Shown: positions 33,735-47,426 of the stretch, one piece after another
Layout: every line of letters starts with the position of its first letter
Position numbering within the stretch: position 1 is the stretch's first letter
Origin: Paraspadella gotoi
Lineage: Eukaryota > Animalia > Chaetognatha
Assembly: GCA_051294375.1 (NCBI GenBank)
Contig: CM119265.1
Location: 482,457 to 546,456 of the forward strand
Direction of reading: 5' to 3'
Length of the DNA stretch: 64,000 nucleotides
Position numbers and translations under genes: made by a program
Notes under the pieces: generated by a model
The model's database searches: none
Told to the model about the DNA's origin: nothing
The model's input: the letters and a program-made list of their open reading frames with translations, nothing else

Positions 33735-33838
33735 CCTCAAGAGTTGAATGGAGACGACTCCAACGAAAAAAGAAACAAGACAAGTTGCGGTGAAAGCGAG
33801 AGAAAGATATGTGCTTTTGCGTTTCATGGCCACAACTC

Positions 33839-33899
<61 letters not shown>

Positions 33900-34506
33900 A
33901 ATAAATAAAATAGCGATGGTTAGTATTCAGTAGAATCTATATAAATTTGAACAATACAAACCTGTGACTCCAGTAACAAGAAAAAATCCTCCAGCCCAAA
34001 TTGGACAGACAGAGTGAGCCAACCAAAGTTTAGCCTGTAAAATTTAAAAATAATATATAAATGTTTCAATATTCCCTAAAATATAAAGTAATAATAAAAA
34101 TAAGAAAAAATAAAGTGACATATTTTATAATATTATAAAAATAGAAATATTGTAGGGTGTCAAAATTTAAAAAATAAAATGTAAATGTACAGATTGATTA
34201 GATTTAAAAAATATGATTAGTAAACAACTAGGTAATGTTGAAGGTTATTCTTATGATAGTGATAGTGATAATGATTACCTCTGACGACATGATGTTAGTG
34301 GTAATAGTAATGATGATAATGATTACCTATGATAACATGATGGTAGTGATGATAATGAATACCTCTCATGACATGATAGTAGTGATGATAGTGATGATAA
34401 AGATTACCTCTGATGACATGATGACACCAACTACAACGGCCACAACTCCAATGAGGATGTGAACGATGCTGAGAGCGACAACGACTGCGATGGATGTGTA
34501 GCCCAT
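32834..34506 (-). CDS. TMEM196-like / CD20(MS4A)-type four-pass membrane protein, 6 exons
   Basis: Exons 34506-34408, 34034-33962, 33838-33736, 33644-33565, 33284-33163, 33097-32834 splice in phase: ...CPIWAGGFFLVTGVTGVVAMKRKS...IQLLR...CILSSAFSCRVA, acidic tail. Confidence 0.75.
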
Positions 34507-34942
34507 CGTGAAGGATCCCATTTTTGAAGAATGTCTTACAGATGATCAAAGAAACTATAATCATCTAACGGATGATAAGTCATAAGAAATATAATTATAT
34601 AAGCAGATCTTACAGATGGTGAGAGAAATCATTGAACAGATGGAAAAAGCAAAAAGAGCAGAGGATAATAGAGCTTGGCGGAGATTAGAAGAAAATGGCA
34701 TAAAATACGAAGAACATAATTTCATTCGGTTTGTTTCTAAAAATAATTTCTGTTTAAAAAGAATCATTTTCTCATTTTGCGACTTGACTTGTTTTCTCTG
34801 CGTCAGCAGCTGCTGAATCCATCAGAGCAGCAATTAAGGCAGCTCCTTCCATTCAAAGAAAATCTAGAACTCACGTGCAGAAAGTCGTGATGCAAGGCAA
34901 CGCATTTGCAGCGAGAGAGAGATATAGATAGATAAATAGATG

Positions 34943-35016
<74 letters not shown>

Positions 35017-35484
35017 GAGAGTTGTTTTTTTTCTGATAGAAGAGTAATACATTTAATATATTTGTAGTCTGACATTGCGCCTATAAACGTCTATAAACAG
35101 TAAACACAACCCAGTGTTTTATCGAGTAGAGCGATGCCTTATGTAGAAAAGGTTAACTCGCAGTTTCTTTCCCTCTTTTTCTCTTTAAGAATTCCTTTAA
35201 TTTCAGCCCAGATATTTTATGGTCGCTGATCTTTTTTTGTACTGATTTCTAGAACTCGAAAATGAGAAAATAGTCATTCTTGATAAAGACCAAAGCAGAT
35301 AATCGTCGGCCGGTCTGAAAGCCAATTTCTACGGGTTTTTAGAAGTATTATTATTCTACTAAATAATCGCAAAAAAGAATAAAAGAATTTGCTTCAAAAA
35401 CTCTTGTCGTTTTTCTTTGGACGGGCGACACATTGGACTTATAAGTTTACGGGCGTGAAGAGAAGAAACTCATTAACACCTTAT

Positions 35485-35628
35485 GTTCCCGGGATCGATT
35501 CCCAATAGTTAAGGAAGGACGTCGAGGCCAGAAAAAGCCTCAAGCCTGGTTCCAGGCCCAGGACCCGTTCCATGGCTGCTAGAGGGGGTTAAATAAGTCT
35601 TGAGCCCACTTAGCGCCTCATCCATACA
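35485..35628 (+). mobile_element. Partial copy (3' part) of the small LTR family
   Basis: CCTCAAGCCTGGTTCCA...GCTGCTAGAGGGGGTTAAATAAG...CCCACTTAGCGCC as in 40028-40120. Confidence 0.7.
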
Positions 35629-38600
35629 TTCACTTAATTCAAAACTGTTTACTGCACAATGGCTCAAAGACCATATTTTAAAGCTAAAAATATGTTTTGT
35701 TCTATTTTATAGAAAATAATAAGTGAAAGCAATTGGTTTTTCTTGTTTGTATTCAAAGGTAAACGTACAATATTGTAAACGGGGGTAAAAATTGGGGAGT
35801 GATTTCTAAATCAGGGAAGTCATTAGCACAAATATGATGGGTGTGAGTGAAAGGAAAGGGAAGGAGGAAGAGCAGGAAGAAGAGGAGGAGGAGGAGGAGG
35901 AGGAGGAGAAGGAGGAAGAGGAGGAGGAAGAGGAGGGGAAGTAGGAAGATGAGGAGGTGGTTTTGCCACAAACAGCAAGAAGAAAACAAAACCGCGAAGC
36001 AACAAACAATTTTTTTTAATTTGCATAAAAGTATTAAAAATGCAATTAACTACTTAATGTTAAATTTTAATGAATAGTTGATTCTATTAAGAAAATAAAA
36101 TTTGAAAATTAAAATCTGTCAATACAGAGCGTACGCAATTGAATATCGAATTTTGAAATATTAGTAGAAAATTCTAGTTTATTTTTCATGTAGACAAACT
36201 TTTTTATATTTACTTTCAAGCAAATATTATATTTTTGCTACATTTATTTTGTGTTTTGGTATAGAAAACTCAATCATTTACCCGAATTGTAATGAATAAA
36301 AACATTTATAAAAATAACTTATAGATTGCAATTATTAAAAGTAATTCCATGTCCTTTAAAAGTAATGATAATGAAATAATAGATGAAAAGTGATTTGTCT
36401 CCATGCGACGAATCAGGATTAAAATTATAGTGAAAAGGATGACGAGTGAAACAATTTGTGATTTCTGTTGAGAAAACTGGCGAGTAATTAGCTAAACGTT
36501 CATGCTTATCTTAATAAATATAATGATAAATTAATAAAAATACTTTTTATTATTGTGTCTATTTCTCGCCTTGCGTCGAACGAGTTCTCTTGTACATTTC
36601 ATTTACCAATTTATTTTACGTTTGCAAAATATATAAAAAAAATTGTAATAAGTTGTCGCGGTTGATCGGGAGTGAAAACACGAATACAATCACCATTTTT
36701 ACTTTGTTTTTTTTATTGTGTTTTGTTTTGTTTCGTTTTTTTGTTTTGTTGTTATACTAGCTCTACAACAATTACAAATGACCATACAGAGAAAAAAGAG
36801 GAAATTTCACAAAACTGATGTTTGACTTTTTAGTTCAAGGATTCTTTGAATTATTTTATATGAATTATGAGTTGCTTAACTCAATGACCAAAGACAATCA
36901 CATCAAATACATCTTCATGATTTAAACGGAAAATTGTAGGTTTTGTTAAGAGTTTTTTTGTAATATTTCCAACACTTTATTAGTAAAACGTGATAAATAA
37001 ATATTTGTTCCTCTTGTTTTCATTAAATTTAATAGCTTAGTTGCTTAAAAAATATTGAAACATCTATGTATACAGAAAAAAATTACAACATGAAATGGTT
37101 TTGTGAACTTAGTGTTATTCGTTAATGACTTCAATTACGTAAATAAAATTTTAAAAACTGCCAAAAAAATATTGATGATATTTTTTAAGTGATAAAGAGA
37201 GGGAAATGATGGATCTATGTTAGAAGCCAAGCAAAGAGATCAAGCAGATCAAGCAAAGAGATCAAGCAGATCATCATTTTTATTACTCAAGCATAATCAC
37301 CTCCTAAAGTTTTCTCTTTCTATAATGTAATTAGTTTTTCTAGTCGATTTTTATTGAAAAATATTGAAAAATTTGAATCATTTAAAAAGTAATATGATTC
37401 AATCATTAAACTAACTATTAAAATATTGTAAAAATTATTGTCATAATACAAGAAGCTCTGACAACAAATAATTGCATATCATGAAGTTTCTAAAGCTTGA
37501 ATTAAATTTCGGTAAAATATATAAATCAAGATGCAACAAATTTTCTATTTGCAAACCTCTGATTTTTATTCGGATCTGCTGACAGCAGATTCCGGCTCAA
37601 CAATTCACTTTGTCGCTTCGTCGGTCCCAACCCAAAATATTGTCGGTAAGATACTTAGATCATGTCAGATAAATTATGCAAAAGAAATCGATGTCCGTCT
37701 GTCCGTCCGTCCGTTCGTCTGTCTGTCCTATCTTAGATTTTAACGCCAATTACTCATGTGTGGATAGGGCGATTGACCTAAAATTTTGCATGTGATTAAG
37801 CTGAAAACCAAGTTTCGATGGAATCGTCCCATTGGAAATGAATTTAGGTAGAAAAAAATAAAAATTACACTTAACTACTCTTAATTTTTCTCGTTTTGCC
37901 TTTATATGAAATGTAAATGCATGTTACAATAACAAAAACTACAATTATAACAAACACAACAACGACCATAACCATAAAAACCATAACGACTATAACTTGC
38001 TTTCCTTCCGGAATTAAAATAACTACCACATAAAAAATATAAAAATTGCCAGTAAATTGTATTAAATGAAAAAACAAAATTTGTGAAAACTTATCAACTG
38101 ATTGGGTGTTTATCGCTAAATTGCCGCCTGTAGATCCGACGTTGTTTGCTCAAACTTGTTTTAAAGCAAATATATTTTCGTTTTAAAATTAAAAACAAAC
38201 TATTAATAATATTTAAATGAATAGATCTAAAAGATAAAAAGTAAATATTAAATAATTATTAAATGAGCAAGATCTCTATAACAATAATACCGACTTTTTG
38301 GAGACTAAAAAACTACTTTTCTATCACTGACAGAAACAACACAGTTGCTTTATGGAAACGCACCACAGTGTCTCTATGGGGACTCACCACAAGTGTAGCT
38401 ACAAGGGAAACAAAAAAATGTTGCAGAGGAAAGGAATTCCCATCTTTCAAAGGACAATTAGGATTTCTTTTTTATAAGACTTAATATTTTTTAATGAAAC
38501 AATTATTACTCACTTAGAGTTGTTATGGTCAATGTTAGTTTTTGACCTAAAAGCCTAAACGATATCTTTGCTGCATTACTTAAGGATCACCTTTGAAATT

Positions 38601-39443
38601 GTACATGTGCAACTGACATCAATACGTTCACCATTATCTAAAAGGAATGATAAGTTTTTAGCGGGAGATAAACAATTTCACAATTTTTAGCAAAATCAAA
38701 GGGCAATGATACATCCAAAATATTCCTATATGTATTAACAATTTGTAACGGTTTAACAAAAAACAAAAATGTCTCAGTGGTTTAAAGACAAATCACTGAT
38801 AACACTGTTATATTAATGACAGCATTGGAAATAACTTGAGACAGTTTTTTCTTCAAAAGAGAAGGAACTCATCACAAAATTCATCAACACTACCTAGAAC
38901 ATAAATTTTATCACAAACGCGTTTGGGCCAAAACTACTTTTTTACCGGTTTTTCAAAATATATATCATTATGAAAAAAAATATAATAGAACCAAATAGAA
39001 TCCAATGTAACACTTACCAAAAAAGTAATTGGTGGCTAAGAATGGCCCCTACCTTTAGAACCACTCATTGAAACCGTGATTTTGTGTTCACTTGTTCTTT
39101 GGACTTAAAAAAAGTCTTGCACAATTTTGACAAACAAACCATTGTTTCCCTTTTCATATGATGTAGTGGCAGCGGTTTATTTTTAACCATTGTCTGTTTT
39201 TTTTTGGTGGGGGGATTCCAAAAAATTAGACCAAATATAATTTTAAATCAATAAAAAGTTTCCCTTGTCATAGTAACCTAATTAAAGCGACTTCTTTTAA
39301 AACCAATTAATAAAGCTTGATCAATCTGAAAATATTCTTGCCACTAAAAGCTTCAGCCAAGCCATATCCTTCCAAGCATTCGTCATTGAAACCAAGATTT
39401 TGTCATAGAAGGAACTTCACTTTTCATTCCCGTTTTTCAGAAA

Positions 39444-39592
39444 TCAAATTTTTCCACTCGAAGGTTTTGCGAGTTTTTTTTTTGCGTCGATCGATCGATG
39501 AGAAGATTTGTTGCTCTGATGATTTGAATTGGATCCCTTGACTTGGCTGCCCGGGTTATTGTTGTGATTTGAATGGGAACCTCTTGTTTGGC

Positions 39593-39629
<37 letters not shown>

Positions 39630-42508
39630 ATCCAATTGAGCGCTCTTTCTGTGCAGAGGTTCGTTCACCTTAATTTCGGAGAGAAGGCTTAAGAATTGTA
39701 AAGATTAAATACTTCATAGTAGAATCAAGTAGATAGTCAAACTCTATTTGCATTTTTCAAACGATAGGTTTAAATCTGAAACAAATTGTCTACCGATGAT
39801 TAAACTCTCAAGCTTTTTTTTTGTTTATATTTACATATGTACATATGTAGTCGGGCATAGCAAAGTTCACCCCGCCTCTAAGCATGACACCTTCAGTCGT
39901 GACCCGGTAGCTCATTGAGTAAAGCCATCAGCTCATGACCACTAGGTACCGGGTTCAATCCCAACCCGGTACCTACCCTGCGGGAAGTGTGAGGACGGCC
40001 GTAAGCCGCTTTGGGGGCGTGGAAAACCCTCAAGCCTGGTTCCAAGCCCAGGACTCGTTCCATAGCTGCTAGAGGGGGTTAAATAAGTTACGGATAGTCA
40101 TCTTCAGCCCACTTAGCGCCTTATCCACACATATATAGATTATATTGACAACTCTCACCTTTTTAAATAGTCCCATTTTTGCTGAGAGGATAAAGTGAAA
40201 GAGCAAATCAACCAGCGCGAGAGTCCAACTGAATAAAAAATTGTTATCGTTAATTGATAGTTCAAAGTGTATGTCAAGGCAAATGATGATAAAGGATGAA
40301 GAGATGAGCAATAAATGGAGCTGACGGACTGACCGACCGGCTGTTGACTGACCGACCGACTGACCTGACGGTGATGAGGACGAGAATCTTGTGCATCGAT
40401 GGATTGTGTCGCAATATTACGTTGCCTTTCTCCGCGTCGCCTGGAACGTAGAGGCATGGGAAGGGGGATCCTGGGAGGAAGAGGAGGAGGGGAGGAGGAA
40501 GAAGAGGAGGATAAGAAAGGTTTCCCTTACTTCAATATCTCTTTCTCTCTTTCTTCTGTATATCATTTTATCTCCCTTGTGTAACATCATAAACGCTACA
40601 CTGCCTTACCATCGCCGTACGGGAATCGCGCTACGCTGTGGAGGTTCTGATCCACCCTCTTTCTCTCACTCTTACGCTTTACCATCGCCGTGCTCGTCCT
40701 GCGTATCATTTAGGAATCGCGCTACGCTGTGGAGATTCTGACCCACCCTCTTTCTCCAACTCTACCTCCTTACCATCGCCNNNNNNNNNNTGCTTATCAT
40801 TTAGGAATTGCGCTACGCTGTGGAGATTCTGACCCACCCTCTTTCTCTCTTTCTACCACCTTACCATCGCCGTGCTCGTCCTGCGTATCATTTAGGAATC
40901 GCGCTACGCTGTGGAGGTTGTCCCCCGCGGCCTCAAAGCAATCGGCGCTGGTGTAGACGGAGCAAAGGGGATATTTCTTGTGACACAACTCGTCCTCATA
41001 AAGAAGCGCGTTTTGGGTTCGAGCGCCTCCTTCTCCGTCGTAGGAAACAAATATCTGACCGCATGGCATCTGAATTTGAGGAAGAACATAAAAAAAGAGA
41101 AAATTAATAATTAATAAATATTATTATATTTCTTCAATAAGATACATTACAATTTTGAGTTTGTTTTTTGGGAGGTGCAAAACTGACCTGGGAGGTGCAG
41201 AACCATCCGCAAGAGCAATTCTGAACTCCGCGAATGTTGATGTATTCGAATGTGCAAAGAGTCTCGATGTACCTGAAAGGAGAAGAAGGGGGAGGAGGAG
41301 GAGGAAGAGGAGGAGGAGAAGGACAATTTAAACAAAAGGAAAAACTATTTTGAGGAGAAAAGAAAAAGAAAAAAATCTTTGGTTTTTGTTTTTTCTTCTC
41401 AAGAGATTTTCTTCTGGTTTCTAGACAGACATTGGGGAATAAGAGAGAGAGAGAGCGTGCAAAAGTTAGAGAAAGAGAGAGAGAGAGAGGGAGAGAGAGA
41501 GAGAGAAAGAGAGAGAGAAATAGTTCTAAAAAAAGAGACGAAAATGCAAAAAAATTAAGAGGAAGAGAGGGAAAAAAATCAAGATAAAGAAAAATGAAAG
41601 AAATTTATTATCTTAAATTTCTTAGGAAAAAAACTTAAAATTTAAAAAAAATAATATATATAAAGTAAACCAAGAAGTTTATTGATAAAAAAAATAAGAT
41701 AAAGATAATAATTGAAAAATAATCGTTTTAAACAAAGAATTGAAAGATAAAATATTTACAAAATTAATTTTTGAGAGTTTTTTCTTTTAAAAAAATTAAA
41801 TTTAAAAATAATTGCAAATTATATCATCAGCCTCTGTAACTGTTAATTACATAATGAATTTGTACATTGTTGGACTATTAATGAAGCTTAAAAAAAATTC
41901 TCAACTAAAAATAAAATTTCTAGCATAAGCTAAAACTGTATAGGACACATTATAAATCAGTTAGTATGTTATTAGCTTATACTAAGATTTATTTTGATAT
42001 AATTTCTATCAATTTTGGCCTTAGGGCAATATGCACCAAGTAATACAGTAACTAAATTTATTTGGATATTGCAGTATGGGTCCTAAGGAAGGTATACTTC
42101 ATAAATGAGTAGCAGACATAAGCTAAATATTAAATAAAATGAAAAATCAAATGATTGATAAAACTAAATTTTTCAAATATATCATTAAGTATAAATTATC
42201 GAAGGAAATAGTAATTTTTCTTATGGGGGTAAGTTTTAAGTCCGAACCGTGTAGATATTAAATGATTTAAAAATTTAAAAAATTTAAAAATTAATAAATT
42301 AATTGATTAAATAAATAATCAATCAATCAATCAATCAATCAAATGAACTATTTCACCTGAAGTGATTCATTAATGGTCTGATCATAATTAGAAGAACCGT
42401 AACAGCAGCTGATATGACAACAACTAAGAGCAGCATGTTGATGTTGAACGCGCGACCCGCGATTGACATGTTAGACGAAGAAAGGGCTGACTTTGAGGAG
42501 AACGACAT
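39444..42508 (-). CDS. KCNMB/CaKB-like (BK channel beta-subunit-type) membrane protein, ~6 exons
   Basis: Exons 42508-42357 (TM1), 41272-41188 (ETLCT..NCSCGWFCTSQ), 41069-40865 (MPCGQIFVSY..LLYEDE..CS), 40470-~40370 (PFPCLY..VIL), 40320-40159 (TM2), 39668-39444 (poly-His tail); Cys spacing resembles KCNMB extracellular loops. Confidence 0.6.
39846..40129 (+). mobile_element. Solo LTR (284 bp) with internal tRNA(Met-like)-derived unit and 4-bp TSD CATA
   Basis: TGTAG...CCACA termini; CATA at 39842-39845 and 40130-40133; TAGCTCATTGAG A box, CTCATGA loop, GGTTCAATCCC B box at 39901-39970. Confidence 0.8.
40600..40918. repeat. 91-bp tandem repeat spanning an exon end and 5' splice site
   Basis: ACCATCGCC recurs at 40608, 40681, 40772, 40863. 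Confidence 0.85.
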
Positions 42509-44498
42509 GAGGAGGAGGAGGAGGAGGATGAGGAGGAGGACTTCAAACACTTATAAAAGATGAGGTTGTGGAAGATTAATTAAAAAACGTGAAATAGTGT
42601 ATGTGTTGTTTTTGTTTCTTTGTTTGTTACTTTTTGTACTAAGTTTGCTTTTTTTTAATTCAGTTTTTTTTTTCTGAGTCGGAAATTTTGACGGCAACAA
42701 AAATAGTTTGGTTTTGTGGCAAATTTTTTGGTTTTGTTTTGAAGAAATTGAAGTAGAAGTTGATTTTCCTGTCAAATTAAATTTAGTTAATGTTGCTAAC
42801 CAAAATCTTCTTTTATTATGATTAAAACTCAAACGTTGATAATTTTGGGTTCCATGAATTTATTAATTTTAAACATTGTCACTTACTTGAGATTCTATCA
42901 AAGTTGCGTTGTTGTTGTTGTTGTTGTCGCGAGTGATTAAGATGAAAGAAATTGAGTGATTAAGTTGAGATGAGCGAATTTGTGTGAAAATGAGATGAAA
43001 TAATTTCTTTAACTTTTCAGGGAGAGAATTTTTTGTGATTTTCCAAAAAAGAAGAAAATCTTTTGGTTTTTGTTTTTGTTTTTTGTTTTTTTTTAGTCAA
43101 TTGTTGATGTAAAGGAAAAAAATGATCACAATGGGGAAGAGTTTTTGGTGTAAAACTGAGAATTGAGTTGACAAGAAAAATCGAGGTTTATCTGTGGACG
43201 TGACAATCAAGTCATTCAGCTATCACTGGCTAAATGTCACTTTCGAAGTGGCTATCACAAGCCAGCAGTCAAGTGTAACCGTAGCTTCAACAATAAGCGT
43301 GGTTATCACTATCCAAGTGTGAGAGTGACTATCACTAGCCAGGAGAGGGTATCACTAGCGAGAAAACACTGTCAGCTTATCTGTCAGCGTGATTTCAAAA
43401 ACCAAACTGTCATTAATTCCACAAAAATTAAGGACGACAATTAAAGTTTTTTTCTTTCTTTGTTTTTTTCTTTCTTTTAACGTGTAGTTAATCGCATGCA
43501 TAAAAAATGTTTGATTATATGTAGACGTTAAATCCAGATTCTAACAGAAATATTGATTATTTTTAAATTAGCGTTTTTAAACATTTCCTGAGGCAGACCG
43601 CTTTGTTTTTACTATTTGTAGGTTAAAGTCGTTTGGTTTAAAAATAAAATTGACGAACACTACAATTATCTGTTTTTTGTTTTTCATTTAATAAAATGTG
43701 TTTATTATTTTTTTGGCTTTTTTTAATTGGAGAGAATAAATAAACAAGTTTGTTTTAGTGCATTATTACAAATACATATTCGCAAAGTTAATTCGGCGCT
43801 CAACTATCAGCAAGCTTCGGTATACAAGGATTTTTATTGTTGTTTATAAACAGGATGATACTTTATGTCACTGTTTTTAATATTGTATACTGTTGTAGTT
43901 ATACTGTTGATAGGAATATTCTTGGTTTTTGCTTTACTTCCGTTTTTGACTGGAAGAAATTTTGGTTTTTTTTCTCTTGTTGATAAAAGTTGGATACAAA
44001 ACGGTTCGTTTATTTTGTTCAATTTATAAAATTTTAAAGATTCGTGGAAGAAAGAACGTATTCTGGCAAAATTGAAAGACTTTTTTGTTTAAAATTAATT
44101 TTATTTTAAAAATGGAGATGGACAATTTGCAAGATTGGTTGATGGCAAGATTTATTGATGAGACCAGAAATGAGACCAACTGAAGATTAGATTCATTGTT
44201 GTTTGAAGCAAATCGACTTTGTTGTTAATTCCACATTCTCGCTTTTGTCCTTCTTTATTATTATTTATTCATTTAAATGTTTTTTAGTATTTTCGTAATT
44301 CTTGTTTTTGCCAGGACTTGTTTTCTTTTTGCCAGAATCTGTTTTGGGTCTCAGTTTATCTTTCTTCCATCAGAAACAAAAAAATCTGGATTTGATGCGA
44401 TTCTTTGCATCTCTGCTTCGCAAGTGGTTACGTCGTCGTCGTCTTTGTCGTCGACGTTTTGCAGAATGGCACGCGATGCGAGTGGAGTAGTCATTTCA

Positions 44499-44535
<37 letters not shown>

Positions 44536-45163
44536 TGATTTCCTTTTTTTACAAAGAAACAAATGACACTGTCAGTTTTGAAGATAACTAAATCAATGAT
44601 TGAGGTGAAAACATATTAATGACAACTTGGCAAAAAAACTAAAAATAAGTGACAAATTGAAATCGAGATAATGACAGAATATGAATCATACTGATTGTAT
44701 TAATAAGGCTTAAATTTATTTTTGTATTTAATTTTTTTTATTTAGTTATTAAATGAATGAATAATTGTTTTATTTGTTATACCAATTTCATAAATGAATT
44801 CATGAAACAGATTTCATTGGTATAATATTTAATTTATTTATATCATAAAGTTTTTAAACTTTTCAACCTTTTCTGCTCACTTAGTCATTTCGAAACGTGA
44901 GAGAACATTTTACTGAGAAAAGAAAAGAACAAGGAATCTGTTACCTCAAAGAATTAATTTTACAAAATTCCGCTAGAGGTCATGAAAAGCCCTAATACAT
45001 GTTATAAAAACAGATGAACAAAAAACTTTTTTTTAAATTTGAGACAGATTAAAAACTAAAAACAAAATAGCATAATAAGTTGTTCAACTTTTTTACTTTA
45101 TTTGGCTTTTGAATAATGTAGTACTTTTTTTTTATCAGCTTAGAAACGAGTTGTCGTCAATCA

Positions 45164-45215
<52 letters not shown>

Positions 45216-45532
45216 GGTTTTGTTTCGACTTTTTATTTATATTTTTGTGCCAACGATTTTTTTTGATCAGAGCCAAAATTATTCTCTAACAAAAATTAAT
45301 AAAACATTTTAATTTTGGAACAATATACCATGAAAAAGCAACTTTAATAAATCTAAGTAACAATTGTCTGCATTTCAAAAACTTCATTCTATTCTCGTTC
45401 GAATTGAGAATTTATGTCAACATTTTTCAAAAACTCAACATTGACTAAACATGTTTAATAATTAAATAAAAAAACGACTTGATATGAATTTGTTGGCCAA
45501 TCAGCAGTAGACTACAGGAATATTAGGTTAAA

Positions 45533-46159
45533 ATGTCAAGTAAGTTTGTTTTTTTAGGTCAGATGAAATTAAAAAACCGATAACATTTTATTAAATAATA
45601 ATAGTAGGTTATACAAAGTTTAATTCTTTTTAATTACAAACAGTCTAATTCTCTTTCAGATTCAACAACACATTTTATTCCTTCAAACAAAATTCGTTCA
45701 AAACTGTTTTTATTTTCTTTCAACTTTTTTTCATCTCTTATTTCTCGCGCGTCTCTTTTCGCCGGATTTTTTCAAGATGGCGACGCCTGGATTCAGGATT
45801 TGACCTCACAATACATCATGATCAGTTGGGTCGGCTGGTCGGTATACTGCATTTCCCTGGCCTCTTCGTCTCACTGGTATATTCTGTGGATCTCCTTTGC
45901 TCCCGCGTTACCCGTTGCCCTGGACGCTAGCTCCCTCTACGAAACGTGGACGAAAGGTTTCAACCAAAATTCCGTGGTTTTGTTACAATTGGAGGCCTTA
46001 GAATCTGTTACACAATTGCTCCTTCAATTTTACTTTTTTTTATACAAGAGAAACAAGAAATTTCTTTTAATTTCATTGATGTCAACTGCATTGGCTTTTT
46101 TGTGCCTCGTTTCTGCGACTAAGAACATTGATGTAGGCATAATTTTGAGCAATGACTAA
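45533..46159 (+). CDS. Small multi-pass membrane protein with XK-related-like motif
   Basis: ATG TCA A|GTAAGT..TTCAG|45660 gives an open frame to 46159; LEALESVTQLLLQFYF resembles the Xkr motif EAFLES.PQL.LQ.Y. Confidence 0.4.
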
Positions 46160-46806
46160 AATGAGGTGACTTTTTTAATCATATTGCTCAAATAAAATCT
46201 CAGGGATAGAAATAATCGAAAAGTAGTTTACTTTTTATCTGAATTTTTAATTTTATTTATGAATTAAAAGATAAAAAAATCGTTCATAGTTTACTTTTAA
46301 AGGAAGTACAATCGCAAATACAATATAATACATTTCTGATTCTGTACTTGATTTGTTCCAAATATTACATTACATTTATATACAAATTTAAACAAACCTA
46401 CCTACTACTGTATTGTGTTTAACGCAAAAAAGTTGTAATTCAAATCTGAGAAAGATCAATTAAATATCATTCAAAACCATTCAAATATCATTCGACGGTG
46501 ACAAAGAAACTTGATAGGTAGATTTAGTATTAAGAGATAGATTATATAGCACTTGAAAGCAATGTTATTAAAAAAACCAATTGCAAATAAAAACTTGTTT
46601 TGGTTTGAGACATCACAGTATTAATTAGGCGTGAAAAAAACGGTTAATTTTTAAAATTTTAATTATCGGTTAAAATGCTAAAATTTAACCGGTTAACCGT
46701 TATAATCGGTTAATTTGCCCACTATCATTATAATGATAAAACTAAACAAAACATAAAAAAAATGTTGGAGGTGGTAAAGTGAGTTAAGCGGAATTAACTT
46801 CTTATA

Positions 46807-47002
46807 TTAATTTCCTTTCTTTTCGTTGTTTTTGCAAATTGGAGAAAGACAAAGTTGATTTGTTTATGTACAACGATTTATTTTTACATAGGACATGTTT
46901 CGGCTTTAAGTATAAGCCTTCATCAGCTTATACTTAAAGCCGAAACATGTCCTATGTAAAAATAAATCGTTGTACATAAACAAATAAACTTTGTCTTTCT
47001 CT
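46807..47002. mobile_element. Penelope-like-element remnant: ~76-bp-arm palindrome with hammerhead core, flanked by 15-bp direct repeat
   Basis: Arms 46842-46917 and 46926-47001; AATTAACTTCTTATA at 46792-46806 and 47003-47017. Confidence 0.75.
46885..46933 (-). ncRNA. Minimal type I hammerhead ribozyme motif
   Basis: CTGATGA (46926-46920), stem II GGCTT/AAGCC, GAAACATGTC; stem I imperfect. Confidence 0.65.
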
Positions 47003-47426
47003 AATTAACTTCTTATAATTAAAATTGTCTGTTCGCCGTCATTTTAAAAAGGGACATTTTTTTTTCTCTTCTTATTCAAAATGTTAGCCTCTTTAATGAG
47101 ACAAAGAGAGAGAAAGAGAGAGAGAGAGAGAAAGAGAAAGATAATGTTTGATAACATGTTACGGTCAGTTAGATTGAGAAAGAGAAATTAAAAGAAAATT
47201 GAAATTCAGTTAGTACAGTAAAATATATTTAGGCAATGTAAATAAGTAAGCAGTAACATGATTAAAATTTTAAACTACGAAAGTAATAAATTACTACATT
47301 TTTAAACAATAAACATTGAAATAAATGAAAGTGAAAGTAAAAATATAAAGTTGATAGTTTATTTTTTTTAATATGGCAAAATTATAAGAAGAAAAAAGAG
47401 CTCTCTCTCTCTCTCATTATCATATA

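Noticed and set aside
43834-44536. Possible minus-strand gene starting at the poly-Thr ORF
   Set aside because: No recognisable domain and no convincing in-phase exon chain.
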